A DNA stretch of 64,000 nucleotides from Octopus bimaculoides (GCF_001194135.2 NC_068984.1:90765855-90829854); one strand, 5' to 3'. Counted from the first letter of the stretch, positions 11,421 through 24,994 are shown. The notes: a model not told the origin generated them from the sequence alone. A program made the numbers and translations.

Positions 11421-13545
11421 AAGGGTAGAGGGTTGATTATTTAGTTGAAATTGCTTCCTTCATTTTAGCAGTCCTGTTCCACTTAATCCTACATCTCAAG
11501 TTAGCAGTAGTTCAGTTCTTGTCTTGCTGGCCCACTGCTTTGATTATAAACAGTATCTGTACCAAATTATGCATTAGGTAGAAGAGCTAATCTGATCTTT
11601 CTGATCTCTGACTTAATTTTTCTTATGCTCAATGCATTATCAAAATGAACTTCAAATAGATTATACTGTTTTCCTGTTTTTTACAGATTGTCTACTGTCA
11701 CTCATCATACATCTGTTCAATACATGTCAGTTTCAATTCACTTTTACCTTTTATTACTCACTACACTGTTTAATAACTTGAATTATTAGAATACTGAGAT
11801 ATAAATACTGGTTTAGAAATGCTGATATATTATTACAATATTGATATATAAACACACATCAATTAAAGTTTTCTTTCAATAATTCTGTAAAAGAAATGCA
11901 TAATTTGAAAGAAGAGAGTGAAAACTAGTGTTCATAGAAGTTTAACCCTAGAAAAGGAAAATATTTGACAATGGTTCTCTCCAAACAAAAATTTTAAGCA
12001 AGTCATAGAATTTTCAAGCAACAATTATCATTTTCTGAATGAATACATGTGAATAAAATGCATGTCTATTACTGTTCATGATTATTGTTTTAGTATGTCA
12101 ACAATCAATCACTCTAATACATTCAGTTCTTAATGCTTAAATTTCTGAAGTGGTCATCACATTCATGGTGTCACAACATAACTTAAACAGGTGTACTGAA
12201 TGGTTTATCAGCATTACTTTATTATATATTATCTAAAGTAGCAACCACGGTAAGAAACACTGCATTACTGTACTGTATTAGCTATAATGCTCAAATAAAA
12301 AATATTTAAAATATCCTTTGAAAATTCAGCATTTTCATTTCAAGGAGTATTTATTCTTAATAACTTGCTACCTGTCTTATTTGTAATACTTGAATAAATA
12401 AACTGTAGCAGAGTTTCAAATTAAATGCACTGTAATGAGGGGTGGGGAGTTAAATACAAGGGAAAATCAGCTAAAAATAAAAAGAGATTTGTTAAATAAT
12501 AACAATGGGAAGGTATATTGCTAAATTAAATTATTGTAAGGAGTGTATGAAATAAAAGTCAAATTAAGGTAATTAAAAACTTGTTACAAACAACATATAA
12601 GTTTGATTATTGTCATGTATAGAGAGAGGAAAGGAATCTATGAAATGCAAAGAGGACATTGAGAGACATGAATAAAAATGTTATATCAAAGTTTCTTGTT
12701 TAAGTCAAGAGGTTTATAAGCTGGAAAGTTAATTTTTACTTTTCATATATACTAATATTAAAGTAAAGCAACAAAATCAGAAGAAACTTTGTATGGTTTG
12801 TATTAATAGATATTACAAGACCTGTTGCATAAGATGATGCCATTAGTCATCATGCAGAAAGTTTAGGGGGAGCCTGAATATATTTTCCATTAAGATGTTT
12901 CAAGATGTTATTTAAAATGATCAATTAGTCTGAAGTTTACCAATCATACAATAAATATAATCACATGTTAATATCTTAATGTGTTGTTTTGCTACTTTTA
13001 AGTCATTTTTGATAGCTCTGGTTAAATAGCCATTTTCAAGATATAGGAAGCTGATTGAATGTTGATAAATCGATGAATGCAGATCAATGTGCAAGTGCCT
13101 AGTTGTACCAGATTCTGCTTTCTAATGATTGATTGCCAAGGGCAATAGTTTCCAAACTCAGGACAATTAATCTAAATGAGGCAGAAACTATTTGGCTGGG
13201 GTAATGTCAGTGGCACAGCAAAGGGAGACCAGTGTCTCATGTCCCTCTTGACATGAGGCGAATCACCACACTACACAAAAGAGAGTAGGAGCCAAGGGAC
13301 AAAAATAAATAAACAAAACGAAAAAAAAAAATTTTAAATACAAAGGAAAAATAAAAACAACAACTGTTCACATCAGTTGATCTACATCATTTTCATGCTT
13401 TGTTCTGGATTGTGTCAGGAATACAAAAGTGCGTTGCATCTTTTTACTTTCAAAAACTGAATTGCTCATCTTACTCAGAAGCTGTTTTAAAAATAAGGTG
13501 TGTGCATTGTTTTTAAATTCAAATAGTAAGCAATACACAATTGCA

Positions 13546-13585
<40 letters not shown>

Positions 13586-13590
<5 letters not shown>

Positions 13591-14363
13591 GCGACTAGCA
13601 TCAGTGTCACTTGGGCTCATCACAGATTTCGCATAAGACACATGCCTGTTTGAAGAATTTCACATTTTCCCCCAATATTTCTAGCCCCAAATGGCTTATT
13701 TTTTTATATCTAGCACTACATCTTTCTCTATTTCTAAGTTAAGGGTAAAAATAAAGCAACCCTGCAAAACACAACTGATCTTTACACACAGATGCACAGA
13801 ATATCAGCAATCAAATAATGACAGCGAAGTGCACAACAAATATCAGCGATTTGACTGATGCCTGTACTTTTGACAAGAAATGTTGGTTAATCTTTTACAC
13901 CTACCAGGCTTATTCGTATTAGCCAGAGTTGCTGGATAATTTTTCATTCCTTTAAGAATATTGTACAATGGAAACTTTTCATAGATTGGAATTTAAATCC
14001 TAATCTCTATAGAAATTTATTGTTTCAAGAAAACATTGAATTTGAATTACTTTTTTAAAGTTTTATGATTGTAGATAGCAACTCAGTCTGTATCTTCTCA
14101 GCCCAAGACAGGCACGTGTGAACAATGTAGAGAGAATGTCTGATATTTTTTGACACAGGACACCCCTAAGATGACTACCAGACGCTGAACGAAAATAAAC
14201 GAACTCCGACCAGGCTTAATAAAAGGAGCCAGAGTTATTGGCTGCAATGATATACTTGAAGTCAGTGTTGGCAGAAATTAAATCAGCTTGCAAATACACG
14301 TTCACCTTACTAAATTTATACTTGGGCAAAGCCCGAATAGCCCGAGTGCCGGAGTCACCACTG
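13586..14363. mobile_element. putative non-autonomous TIR DNA element inserted in (TA)n
   Basis: Termini cagaggcgact... and ...agtcaccactg are imperfect inverted repeats (9/11). No ORF. Confidence 0.45.
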
Positions 14364-14376
14364 ATATATGTATATA

Positions 14377-15632
14377 TTGGGTTGGCAAGAAATTTCTGTT
14401 TTTTTAGTGTGAAATAAAAGTAATTTTTTTATACAAAGAAAGAACTTTAATCAATTATATATATTTCCCATTTTGTTTGATGACCTTTTGCCATCTTTCT
14501 GGCAACTTCATGATTCTGCACTCATAGAACCTCTGGTACTTATCAGCCAAAAACTGAAGCAAGTGTGATTTCAGGTCATCATCATAATTGAAAGTTTTAC
14601 TATTCAAAGAATTTTGCAAACTTCGAAATAAATGGTAATCTGATGGTGCAAGGTCAGGGCTAAATGGTGGATGTGACATCACTTCCTAACTAAGCTCCAA
14701 TAATTTTTCACAAGTTAGCAAAAAGGTGTGTGGTCTAGCGTTGTCATGTTGGAACACCATTCCTTTATGATTTGCTAATTCTGGCTGTTTTTCTTTGATT
14801 GCTTCTTCCAGTTTCATTAGTTGTTGACAGTAAACATCTGAATTGATCATTTGGTTCCTTGGAAGCAGCTCAAAATACACAACACCTTTGTAATCTCACC
14901 AAATTGACAGCATGACCTTTTTTTGATGCAATTTAGCTTTCCATATGGTTTGTACTGGTTTATTATGCTTGGACCATGATAGTTTTGGATTGATGTTATT
15001 GTAGACAATCCGTTTTCCATGACCAGTGATGATTCCTTTCAAAAAAAGGTCGATTTCATTACGTTTGAGATGCATATCACAAATATTGATTCGTTGTGTA
15101 AAGTAAATCTCTTTCAATGTATGTGGAACCCAAATATCAAGATTCTTAACAAGTCCAAGACATTTTAAGTGATTTTCAATTGTTGTATGTGATGCATTTA
15201 ACTTCTCTGCAATCTCTTGCACAGTTAATATAACAATCAGATTCAATTATGGCTTTGATTCGGTCACCATCAACTTCAGTTGGTTGACCAGAAAGTTGGT
15301 TATCTTTGAGTGAAAAATCTTCAGAACGGAATTTTTTAAACCATTTCTGACATGTGCATTCTTTTAAACAATAAACTCCATGAATTTCACATATCTCTTT
15401 GTGAGCCTCAACAGCTTTCTTGCCTTTATGGAAATAAAAAAGCAAAATATAGCAAAAATGTTCATTTTTGCACTCCATGTTAAAATTGACACTGAACTAA
15501 AGGCTGTAAACAAAACTATGAGCAATTTGCTTCTAAAGTAAGCTAAAAGTAATGGCTATCAAATGTCAAAAGGAAAAAATAACACTGACAAAAGTCATTC
15601 AAAAAAAATTCTAACTATTTGCATTGACATAA
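14377..15632 (-). mobile_element. mariner (Tc1/mariner) transposon, full-length but decayed
   Basis: TA-flanked TIRs. Broken ORFs MECKNEHFCYILLFYF..., WVPHTL, FQHDNARPH and HPPFSPDLAPSDYHLF. Confidence 0.95.
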
Positions 15633-16708
15633 TACAACAGTGGGTGTGGGAGGATTCTCAGTTAAATATTTCAAAATATGAATGGTAAACGACATTTTTG
15701 CTGCATTCATTAGCAGTTCTCAGGATGGTCTCCAGAGAACCTGCCTTAAGTAGAGAGGAAGTAAGGAAGGAAGGAAGGTAGAGAAAAAGTATGGAATTGA
15801 AGAGGGAAGAAAAAGGAGATACAGTGGGAGAAGGTATGTATATAAGGGAAAGAGAGAAGGTAGAAACATATCAGAAGAGGGTGAAAGAAAACCAAGAAAA
15901 TAAGCAAACAGGTAAATAAATAAATACATGATTAAAAGGAAATGCAAACTATAGGGGAGAAAAGTAAAATAAGAATAAAAGGTGAAAAAAGTATAAAAAA
16001 CAGATATAAGAACAAACAAAAACGAAAAAGAATGGAAAGACAATGAGGCACCAGATATAAAGTTAAAGAATCCCAGAAGGAGAATGAGAAAAGGTTAAAT
16101 AGCTATGGCATTTAAGTATTTGACCACGAGTGTATTTCCAGTGATTTGGCACCAAAAAAGGTAGGGAGGTAAGCCTGACTCACACATAGATTAGTCCATA
16201 AATACATATACCTGTATATATGCATGCCCCAAAAATATTAGTAGAATAACAAAGAATATAAATAAAAGCAAACAGAATAGAGATGAGGAAAAATACAATG
16301 AAGATAGGATAAATAAGATAAAATAAAAATCATTTAAGTAAAATAAAGGTAAAGTAAAATGAGAAAAGCAAAATTACAAGATGATTACATAGATATATAT
16401 ATACATACACACACACACATAAATGCACACCTATACAACCACACCCATATATATAATATATATATATATATATGAAAAGATGAGTAGAGATGGCTTTTTT
16501 TTTGGATAATTTTTATTTTAATAACAATGTCTACAGTGAGTGACACTGGTATGAGTTTCAAGCTTCAAATAGCCGTTTTCAAACTGAAAAATGTGTTTTA
16601 CTTGCTTAAAATCTTTTCTTACAAGTATACACTCAAAAAATATACACAAAAAGGGAAATAATATATATATATAGCAATGTTAATTCTCTAAATGAAGTAT
16701 TAACAGTA

Positions 16709-17017
16709 ACTGCATGATAAAGTGTAGTATATTGCCACTTAAGTGTGGCTGACCCCTAGGGGTGGATGTTACTGTTGCTTTTAGCCCCAGGAGGACATCT
16801 CCTCCAGCTGGATTATCGACACACGACTGTGTCCTGTTTGCCAAGGGAAGTTATCCCTCTCACCACGATCTGCAGCACGAACGGATCCGGATTTCAGGGT
16901 TATTTCCCTTCGTCGGCGTTCGATAGCTGCTGACCTTGGTGAGAGAGACAAAAACCTGGCAATCTTATATCTACTTTTCCAGTGAAATTCTTCACTGATA
17001 TCGAAAAGGTGAAAACA
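16709..17017 (-). mobile_element. 309-nt hammerhead-containing repeat (retrozyme or Penelope pLTR-like) flanked by a 36-bp direct repeat
   Basis: agcaatgttaattctctaaatgaagtattaacagta occurs at 16673-16708 and 17018-17053. The insert is GC- and CpG-rich and resembles the repeat at 51887-54303. Confidence 0.8.
16873..16932 (-). ncRNA. minimal type I hammerhead ribozyme motif
   Basis: Minus strand: cagcagctat-CGAACG-CCGACGA-AGGG aaataa CCCT-GAAA-TCCGGA-TC^CGTTCG-tgctg. Stems I and II pair, stem III is the palindrome ATCCGGAT, the cleavage triplet is AUC, and the only core change is U4 to C. Confidence 0.8.
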
Positions 17018-17523
17018 AGCAATGTTAATTCTCTAAATGAAGTATTAACAGTATATATATATATATAAGCATGTGTGTATAAGAAGAGAAAAAATAAGTA
17101 AATGAAATAAAGATAAGACTGCTAGTAATTGAGAATGGAGGGGAAAGGAAAGTTAATAAAGAAATGGAATATTTTGGAGTGGTCAGTATTGATGACTGGT
17201 GGGGTGCCTACTGATTTGAGGCTACCTATTCAGTTCTCACACATGGTATGGTGTACACAGACACATACATATACTAATATACGTACACACCTTTTAACCC
17301 TTATACCTCTGCATGTACACACATATATGCATAAACACATACACACACACACACATCTGTACATATACATATATACAAATATATGCATATACATACACAC
17401 ATACATAACTGTACTAACATGCTCATACACACATATATACACACACACACATACGCCCCCCCCCCAACACAAACATAAGAGGGTGTACATCCATACACAC
17501 ACACACATTCATCTATATACACA

Positions 17524-18180
17524 TCATCATCATTTAACGTCCATTTTCCATACTGGCATGGGTTGGATGGTTTGACTGGTGACTGGCAAGCCAGGAGGCT
17601 GCACCAGGCTCCAATCTGATCTGGCAAGGTTTCTACAGCTGGATGCCCTTCCTAATGCCAACCACTCTGAGAGTACAATGGGTGCTTTTTACATTCCACT
17701 GGCACAGGAGCCAGTCAGGTGGCACTGGCATCAACCCATGCTTGAATGGTGCTTATTACGTGCCACCAGCACAGATGCCAGTCAGGTGGCACTGGCATGG
17801 GCCACAACTACAATTTCCATTTTGATTTTGATCTTGATTTGATATTACTTGACTCAATAGGTCTTCTCAAGCACAGTGTATCAGACGATGAGTCCAGGGT
17901 ACTTTCAAATGGGCCGGTTATGCGACACTGGTATAGGTTATGCCTGTGATCTCACTATACTTGCTTGGTCTTCTCAATCACAGCATATCTCCAAAGGTCT
18001 CGGTCTCTTGTCATTCCCTCTATGAGGCCCAACGTTCAAAGGTCGTGCTTCACCACCTCTACCCATGTCTTCTTGGGTCTCCCTCTTCCATGGGTTCCTA
18101 CCACTTCTTCACACAGCTCTCCTCATCCATATCCAGTACATGACCATACCAACGCAGTTGTCTCTCTTGTACACCATACA
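17524..18180 (-). mobile_element. SINE joined to an RTE 3' fragment
   Basis: (cat)n tail and SINE body, followed by ...VQERQLRWYGHVLDMDEESCVKKW. Confidence 0.75.
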
Positions 18181-18185
18181 TACAT

Positions 18186-18221
<36 letters not shown>

Positions 18222-18902
18222 GGAGAGGGAAGAAAAGAGAGAAAAAACACCTGCATATAACTTTTGGTTGCATAAAATAGTACATAAAAGTGTATATAAT
18301 GATATGTAGTTTTCAATATTCAGGCAGTGTTTGGTTGGTGTCTTTCTGTGGATTGTTGGGATAGTAGTTCTGGTGGTTTTGGCATTATTTTTTTGTTCAG
18401 TTTTGGTTGGTATTTTCAAATAATGTATTCTTCCTTGGCCTTATGAAAATGTTCATTTTCAGTCCATAGTTCAAAGAAAGGGAATATTTTGAATTTTCTT
18501 TTCCCACATTTTTTAAAGTGTTCACTGCAAGTTGTGTTTCTAATTGAGGGGTCATGGATTTGTTGTTTATTACTCTTACTCCCTCATAGTCTAATGCCCA
18601 TTTCACCAATGCAGTATTCTTTGCATTCAGGGCACATGGCACAGTAAATTAAGATTTTGGACGTATACATACATTTTTTTTTGTGTGTATACTTGTAAGA
18701 AAAACTTCTTACTATTTAAGCAACGAGTAAAACACACTTTTCAGTTTGAAAACAGCTATTTGAAGCTTGAAACTCATACCAGAGTCACTCACTGTAAACA
18801 TTATTACTAAAAAAAAAATTATCACAAAAAAGCCAGCTCTACTCATTTTTTCAAATGTATGATATTGTACCAAGAACTTTTCTTTTTTTATTATTCTACT
18901 AT

Positions 18903-19026
18903 ACGTATGTATGTATGCATATATATATATATATATGTATGTATGTATGTATGTGTGAGTGTGTTTATATATATAATGTGTATGTATGTGTGGGTGTATA
19001 TATGTATGTATGTCTGTGTATATATA

Positions 19027-19094
<68 letters not shown>

Positions 19095-19110
19095 TGTATA
19101 CATACATATA
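18903..19110. repeat. compound (TA)n/(TG)n/(TATG)n microsatellite, representative of many in the window
   Basis: Direct reading of the sequence; it produces the spurious YI/CV-rich ORFs in the track. Confidence 0.95.
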
Positions 19111-20124
19111 CTGGGTTGTTAGATAAATCTGTTCATTTCTTTCCAATGTTAGATCAAATTAACATGAAAAATATTTTTATTTTAGTATTGTATAGATTTT
19201 TTTTAGCTATACTTTTCCCTTACAAGTTCTATAATTTTTGAAATTTGAATAAATTTTACCTCTTTTCAGACATATGATTATAGAGTGCTGAGTAGTAGTA
19301 AAAAGCAAGCATTTTCTGCTTCTTGTCACTTCTGAAAGCTGCCAAAGTCACTCAAAACATTTGTGCTGTATATGAAGTGCTACTACTGAAAGAACTACGC
19401 AGAAATGGTTTTCATGCTTCAAGGAGGGGAAATTCAACTTCCCAGACTCCTTGTGTTCCATGTAACCCATTCTGTTCAATGAGGATCAATTAAACAAGCT
19501 CATCGAAAAGAATTCATGCCAATCCACTAGGGGATTGGCCCAGCAGATGGGATACTCTCATATGAAAGAGAGGAAAGAATGGTGGAGTCCCATCAAGTAA
19601 CACTGTAAATCAAGCCAGAGTTGCATCCATGCAAGACAATGAGCTGCATTTGGTGGGGCTGGGAATGACAGGTCCACTGTGAAAACAACCACATGGTCAA
19701 TGTAAAGCTTTACACTGACCAACAAATGCACCTCAATGGGACAATCCAACTGAAATAATCCAACTAGTAACATTGCGTGCTTCTTGAACTCAGCAATACT
19801 TGCACCCAAGTTGCCAATTTGACTAAAAAAATGCTATTCAAGAGTTCAGTTGTAAAGTTCTATTACAACCACTGTATTCTCCTGATATAGGCCTTTATAT
19901 TATTCCCTTTTGGCCACTCTCCAATAACTTGTGAGTCATTCAAAAATGAAACGGAGCTAAAAACATGGCTCAATGAATTCTTCAAGTCAAGACAATTGAT
20001 GATTTTTAGTCAAGTGACAAGACGCTTTGAACAACGAGGGAGAATATATAATTGAGTGATGTTAAGTGTTTATGAAAAATAAGGATTAACATAGTGGAAA
20101 AAAAATGAATATCCGATAACCCAA
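19111..20124 (+). mobile_element. mariner transposon, internally deleted
   Basis: TIRs ctgggttgttagataa / atccgataacccaa with TA flanks. Remnants of the HTH (RTTQKWF..F) and WVPH regions. Confidence 0.8.
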
Positions 20125-20689
20125 TACATATATGCATGCACACACACACACTTTATTAATAATTAGCAGAAGTTACAAAATGACTCAAGGGCTGAGAGTT
20201 TCATGCATTGGCATTTATCAAAGTTTGATAAATGCCAATGCATACATATACACATATGCATGCATACATAGACACAAACACACACATGGCAACTGTAATG
20301 GCCAGTCTGATATTCAGATGTATGTAATTATCCCTTATGTGAAGGCAACATACCATATTATGAGCAAGCTGATCTACAGAATGCAGATATCAAACAAAGA
20401 GTGTTGCTCAAGGAGCTGCCTTCCAAGTCTCATGACGCTATCAGCCTTATGTATGCAAACTTGGTCAAGAGATGCACTTTGACACTTGGTGATTGAATGA
20501 TGTTGCTGAAGTGATATGATGCAACATTCAAAGGTATTTTGGCTCAATGTTAAGCCTCTTCTGCCTTGTTTTCACTTTAGGTAGAGGCAATCTACATCAC
20601 TGTTTATGTGGAAATTATGTGTGCTTGTTAGTATTTTTCAGGTTTTTACATCAATGGCTCGGATAAACACAAAGTGGGCCACTGTTTTA

Positions 20690-21320
20690 CTGAATGTAGA
20701 GAGTTCTGAGGTCCAAATTTTCTTTATTCAGCTGTAATATTCTTTAGTGATGTGTTTCGTTACAGGTGCCACTGTAAGATATATTTTCACCCACCCCCAG
20801 ATACCTGTAAAATTCCTTGTCAGATACAGGGGAAACAGTCAAATCATTGATGGGGATGTTACTTGTCTGATTTATAGTTTTCCCCCTTTTCACAACCATA
20901 TAACAACATTTATCCTGACCAAACACCAATCCTACATCCTTTGAGAATGTTGTAACTAGGTCAAGGCTCTTCATCTCATGCATATTCTTTGCATAAAGTT
21001 TTAAGTCATCCACAGAGAAACAGTGTGTAATTTTGTTATTTCTGTTTCCTTGTGAACCAATGATATATCCTTCAGACTTCCTTAACATGAATGACAAGGG
21101 GTCTACGGAAAGTATAAACAACATCACAGGGAGGCTGTCTCCTTGGAATATGCCTTTGCGATACTGTATTCTATCGGTGATAATACACTCTTTGTGTTTA
21201 ATTTCATGATGGTGGCCCACAATGAAGTCAGGTCAGCTATGGCTTTGATTATTCTCACTGGAACTTTAGCAAGTTGAAGGGCTTCTAGCATCCATTAGTG
21301 GGGAACAGAGTCAAAGGCTT
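20690..21320 (-). mobile_element. R4/Dong-like (R2-group) LINE RT fragment
   Basis: ORF 20744..21220: RKGIFQGDSLPVMLFILSVDPLSFML...FSVDDLKLYAK...FGQDKC...YRYLG. Confidence 0.75.
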
Positions 21321-21479
21321 TGTGTGTATGTATGTATGTATGAGTACGCTGTTCAGATATGTTTCCAGCACCATCTCATTGTGTGTTTGTGTATAAATAT
21401 GCATGTTTATATGTATTCAAGATATATGTATGAGTAATTATACATGTTTACATTTAGATGCATATGTAAATATATGTGG

Positions 21480-22340
21480 TAGGAAATAGTTCTGAAAGAA
21501 TAGTTGCAAGAATAAGAACAGGCTGGGAAAAGTTCAGAGAGCTATCTTTGTTGGTAACAAAGGACCTCTCCCTCATAGTGAAATGCAGATTGTATGATGC
21601 CTGTGTGTGAACAGCTATGCTACAGAGTAGTGAAACATAGGTTGTGACTACTAATGATATGCTAAGGCTTGAAAAAAAAGTGAAGCCAGCATGCTCCACT
21701 GGATGGGTAATATCAGAGTGCATGTATGACAAAGTGTAAGTGATTTGAGAGAAAAATTGGGTACACAAAGTATCAGATGTAGTATGCAAGAGAGAAGACT
21801 GGTATAGTCATGTGTTGCATATGGATGAGGACAGCTGCATCAACATGTGCTGATCTCTGATTGTGGAGGGAACATGTGGAAGTGGCAGACCCAGGAAGAT
21901 GTAGGATGAAGTGGTGAGAAAGCATTTTCAGACATCGGGCCTCACAGAGATGACAAGAGACTAAGGCTTCTAGCAGTTTGCTGTGGTTGAGAAGATATGC
22001 CAAGCTAAGTAAAATTATGGCTGTCCATACATACAGGCATGTTCTCTACATCCCTCTCTCAGCCAAGAGATCCTAGTTTTGCAGACTAGAAGGTGATAGT
22101 GCCATGTAAAAGCAACCATGCTAGTACCACACAAAAGCGTCCATGCTAGTGCTACGTAAAAAATGCCCAGTACACTCTGTAAAGTAGTTGACATTAGGTA
22201 GGGCATCCAATCATAGAAACCATACCAAAACAGATAAATGGAATCCAGACAGCCCTCAATCTGGCCAACTCCTGTCAAGCTGACCAACCCATGCCAGCAT
22301 GGAGAACAGATGTTAAAAGATTATGAAGATGATGATGACT
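21480..22340 (+). mobile_element. RTE 3' fragment followed by a SINE 3' part
   Basis: RIRTGWEKFREL..LLVTK, RLYDACV.TAML..SETW, then SINE ...aacccatgccagcatggagaacagatgttaaa(gat)n. Confidence 0.75.
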
Positions 22341-22771
22341 TCCCACTGCCAATTTCTATATATCCTTTTTTCTCTCCTGAGATCAAGCAGCCTCTGCATG
22401 GTGTCTAACTTAATCTCCCCATCCCTGTTTTTGGTACTTGGTTCTGATGGTTTAATGACCAGAGGGGAAATGGTTATTCACTGAGAGGCAATACTTATTT
22501 ACTTATACTCAGCAAATGTTTGTACTTGTTTCTTCAGTTGTAGTCTTTTGTCTCTGTTTTGTTTCTCAGTCTTGTTATTGTTTGCTGTCCATACAAGTGA
22601 TCCCAACTATTTCCAAGTGCCAAAATCATATAGACTCTGGATAAAACATTAGCTGATGAAATGGGTTTATCCATGTCTGTATTTTTTTTTTGTCTTTTCT
22701 ATTAATTGTCATACACCACTGTTTAAATTGTTATACACCACTATTTAAACACACACACACGCACATACATA

Positions 22772-22805
<34 letters not shown>

Positions 22806-24994
22806 TGTGGAGATACATGGCTATATTGCATTTATATAAGAAAGGGTGGGAGTAAACAGAGTGGAGATGGAAAGAGAGATAAAGGAGTTGGCAAGGTCTC
22901 AGAGTGGGACCTGAAGATACAAGGTGAGCAGAAGAAAAAGCAGAGAGAGAAGAACAGGAAGGGTGGATGGGTAGCTGTTGCAAGAAGGTATGGGGAGAGT
23001 AAAGGAATATTCAAAATGACATGAGGGTAGAGAGGCACAAGATAAGCTCACTATTACTTCTTCCATGATAAAATACACTCAGTGCATTTTGTAAAGCAAT
23101 TGGCAAACAGGACAGAGACAACTTAGGGTTGAGGCATTCTGTTAAGTCCCATTAAGGACATAACATCTCAAGTGCTAGTAGCATGAAAAATGAAACCACT
23201 GATGGGAGAGAAAGGGCAGTAATAGAGTGTATAGTGTAGAAGCAGATTTCTCCACCACCCCTCTCTCATCTAACAGAGAGAGAAAGTAACAACAAAGTAG
23301 GGGATACTGAAATCTAAGTTCAATACCACCACTTGTTACACAGGTAGCATACTGCAGTGAATAGAAGAGATAGTGAATGGTAGTGATGATTGATAGAGAA
23401 TTGAGCAAGTATCAAAAAAAAAAACGCAAGAGGGAGATATGTGGAGTCGACTGAGAGAGAGAGAGAGTGAGTGAGTGAGTGAGTGAGTGAGTGAGTGAGT
23501 GAGTGAGTGAGTGAGTGAGTGAGNNNNNNNNNNNNNNNNNNNNNNNNNNNNNNNNNNNNNNNNNNNNNNNNNNNNNNNNNNNNNNNNNNNNGGGGGGGGG
23601 CAAATGCCTCCCAGTCTCTGTCCCTGCAAGTATTTCTAACAGCTGTTTAACAGTTGTTTAACAGTTGTTTAACAGTTGTTCCACCATGCTTCTGTGGATC
23701 ATTCTAGGGTAAAGGGTGTAGATATGTACATTTAAAATATAGAGGTATGATTTACTAAAGATCATACCCGTCTCTCATATATACATATAGTTTAGGGCAA
23801 TCAGTAAGCTGTCATTATAGTACTCAGAGTTTCGGCTGCCAGGGCAAAGAGCTACAATGCATTCTCGTCGGCTGTAAATAGACGCTATGGAATACCATTG
23901 GATAAAAGGGAAGTTACTCTAATAGGTAGAAAAAAAAAGGATACATGCAACAATATTCTCACAATACATAGACATAAAACCTCCTGCATTCATAATGTCT
24001 ACATACATACATGAACATATGTGCATGTACATACTCATACATATACACATATCCACACACACACATGCACGCATGTATGTATATTTATATATATATATAT
24101 GTGTGTGTGTGTGCATGCAACTTCATCCTCATATACACACAGGTGTTTGCTTGCATACATATATATTTAAATATTTATACATATAAATATACAAATAATT
24201 TATTCTCAACTATATATATATAATTCCAAGAGTTAGAGGTTGTGAATCCAACCAACTAAGGGATAATATCTATCCAATGTACTGCTGGTAGAATAGCCAA
24301 TTATTAATACACAAGTGTTTTTTTATTGCATAGCAGTTAAACTACTGAATGTAATAAATAGGTGAGGGTAAAAAGTTGTTTACCCTTAATTTATACAGCA
24401 ATAAGAAAATGGAGGGGATCAAGAGGTGGTATTCATCAACTTTTAGACATTATATTATGTCTATTTATTTCTTAAAAAAAAACAATTATAACAATATACA
24501 TACATATATAACATATTATGCTTTACCTATATAAAAATACCAATAATTATTAAAATATATAACATAGAACATAGAAAGTAGAATAGTTTCTTACAGCTAT
24601 TTCAACCAAGAGGTCATAGTATCCCACTTTACTTCCATCCCTTCAGTGAACTGAAGTATTTGGTAGATAAGATTAAGGCACTTGGGTGTGCCTCTGGGCT
24701 TCATCAGAGTTTAGAAAGTTCATAAGGTTAAGTTATAAATATAAATACATACATATATACACACTTTTACATATACATACATACACACTTTTACATATAT
24801 ATACATAAATACATATCTATACATTTATATATATATATATATATATATAATGTATACAAAGGAATTGATTATTATTATATTATTATTATTCTTACTAGAT
24901 AAAGTATTAACAGAGGAAAGAGAAAATTATCAAAAAAGAAATAATAGTGGAANNNNNNNNNNTATACACACATATATATATATTTACATATAAA

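Larger units (their letters stand above)
16473..18853. repeat. ~170-bp inverted repeat pair (16473-16640 and 18677-18853) enclosing other insertions
   Basis: tgagtagagatggc...cagtgagtgacactggtatgagtttcaagcttcaaatagc...acaagtatac matches the reverse complement of the right arm. Confidence 0.85.

Noticed and set aside
15720-16043. Hydrophobic F/L-rich 107-aa ORF resembling a membrane protein
   Set aside because: It is the reverse reading of a purine-rich low-complexity tract.
17129-19241. Long ORFs rich in YI/CV/HT repeats (also at 22741-24223, 27334-28882, 42602-42910)
   Set aside because: They are translations of (TA)n/(CA)n microsatellites and have no protein-like composition.
22653-22675. 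ctgatga-aatgggtttatccat hammerhead-like start
   Set aside because: There is no GAAA after the putative stem II and no stem I pairing.
23636-23682. 11-bp tandem (aacagttgttt)x4; similarly (gctgtacatta)x3 near 41710
   Set aside because: Simple short tandem duplications without spacers; not CRISPR-like and no evident function.
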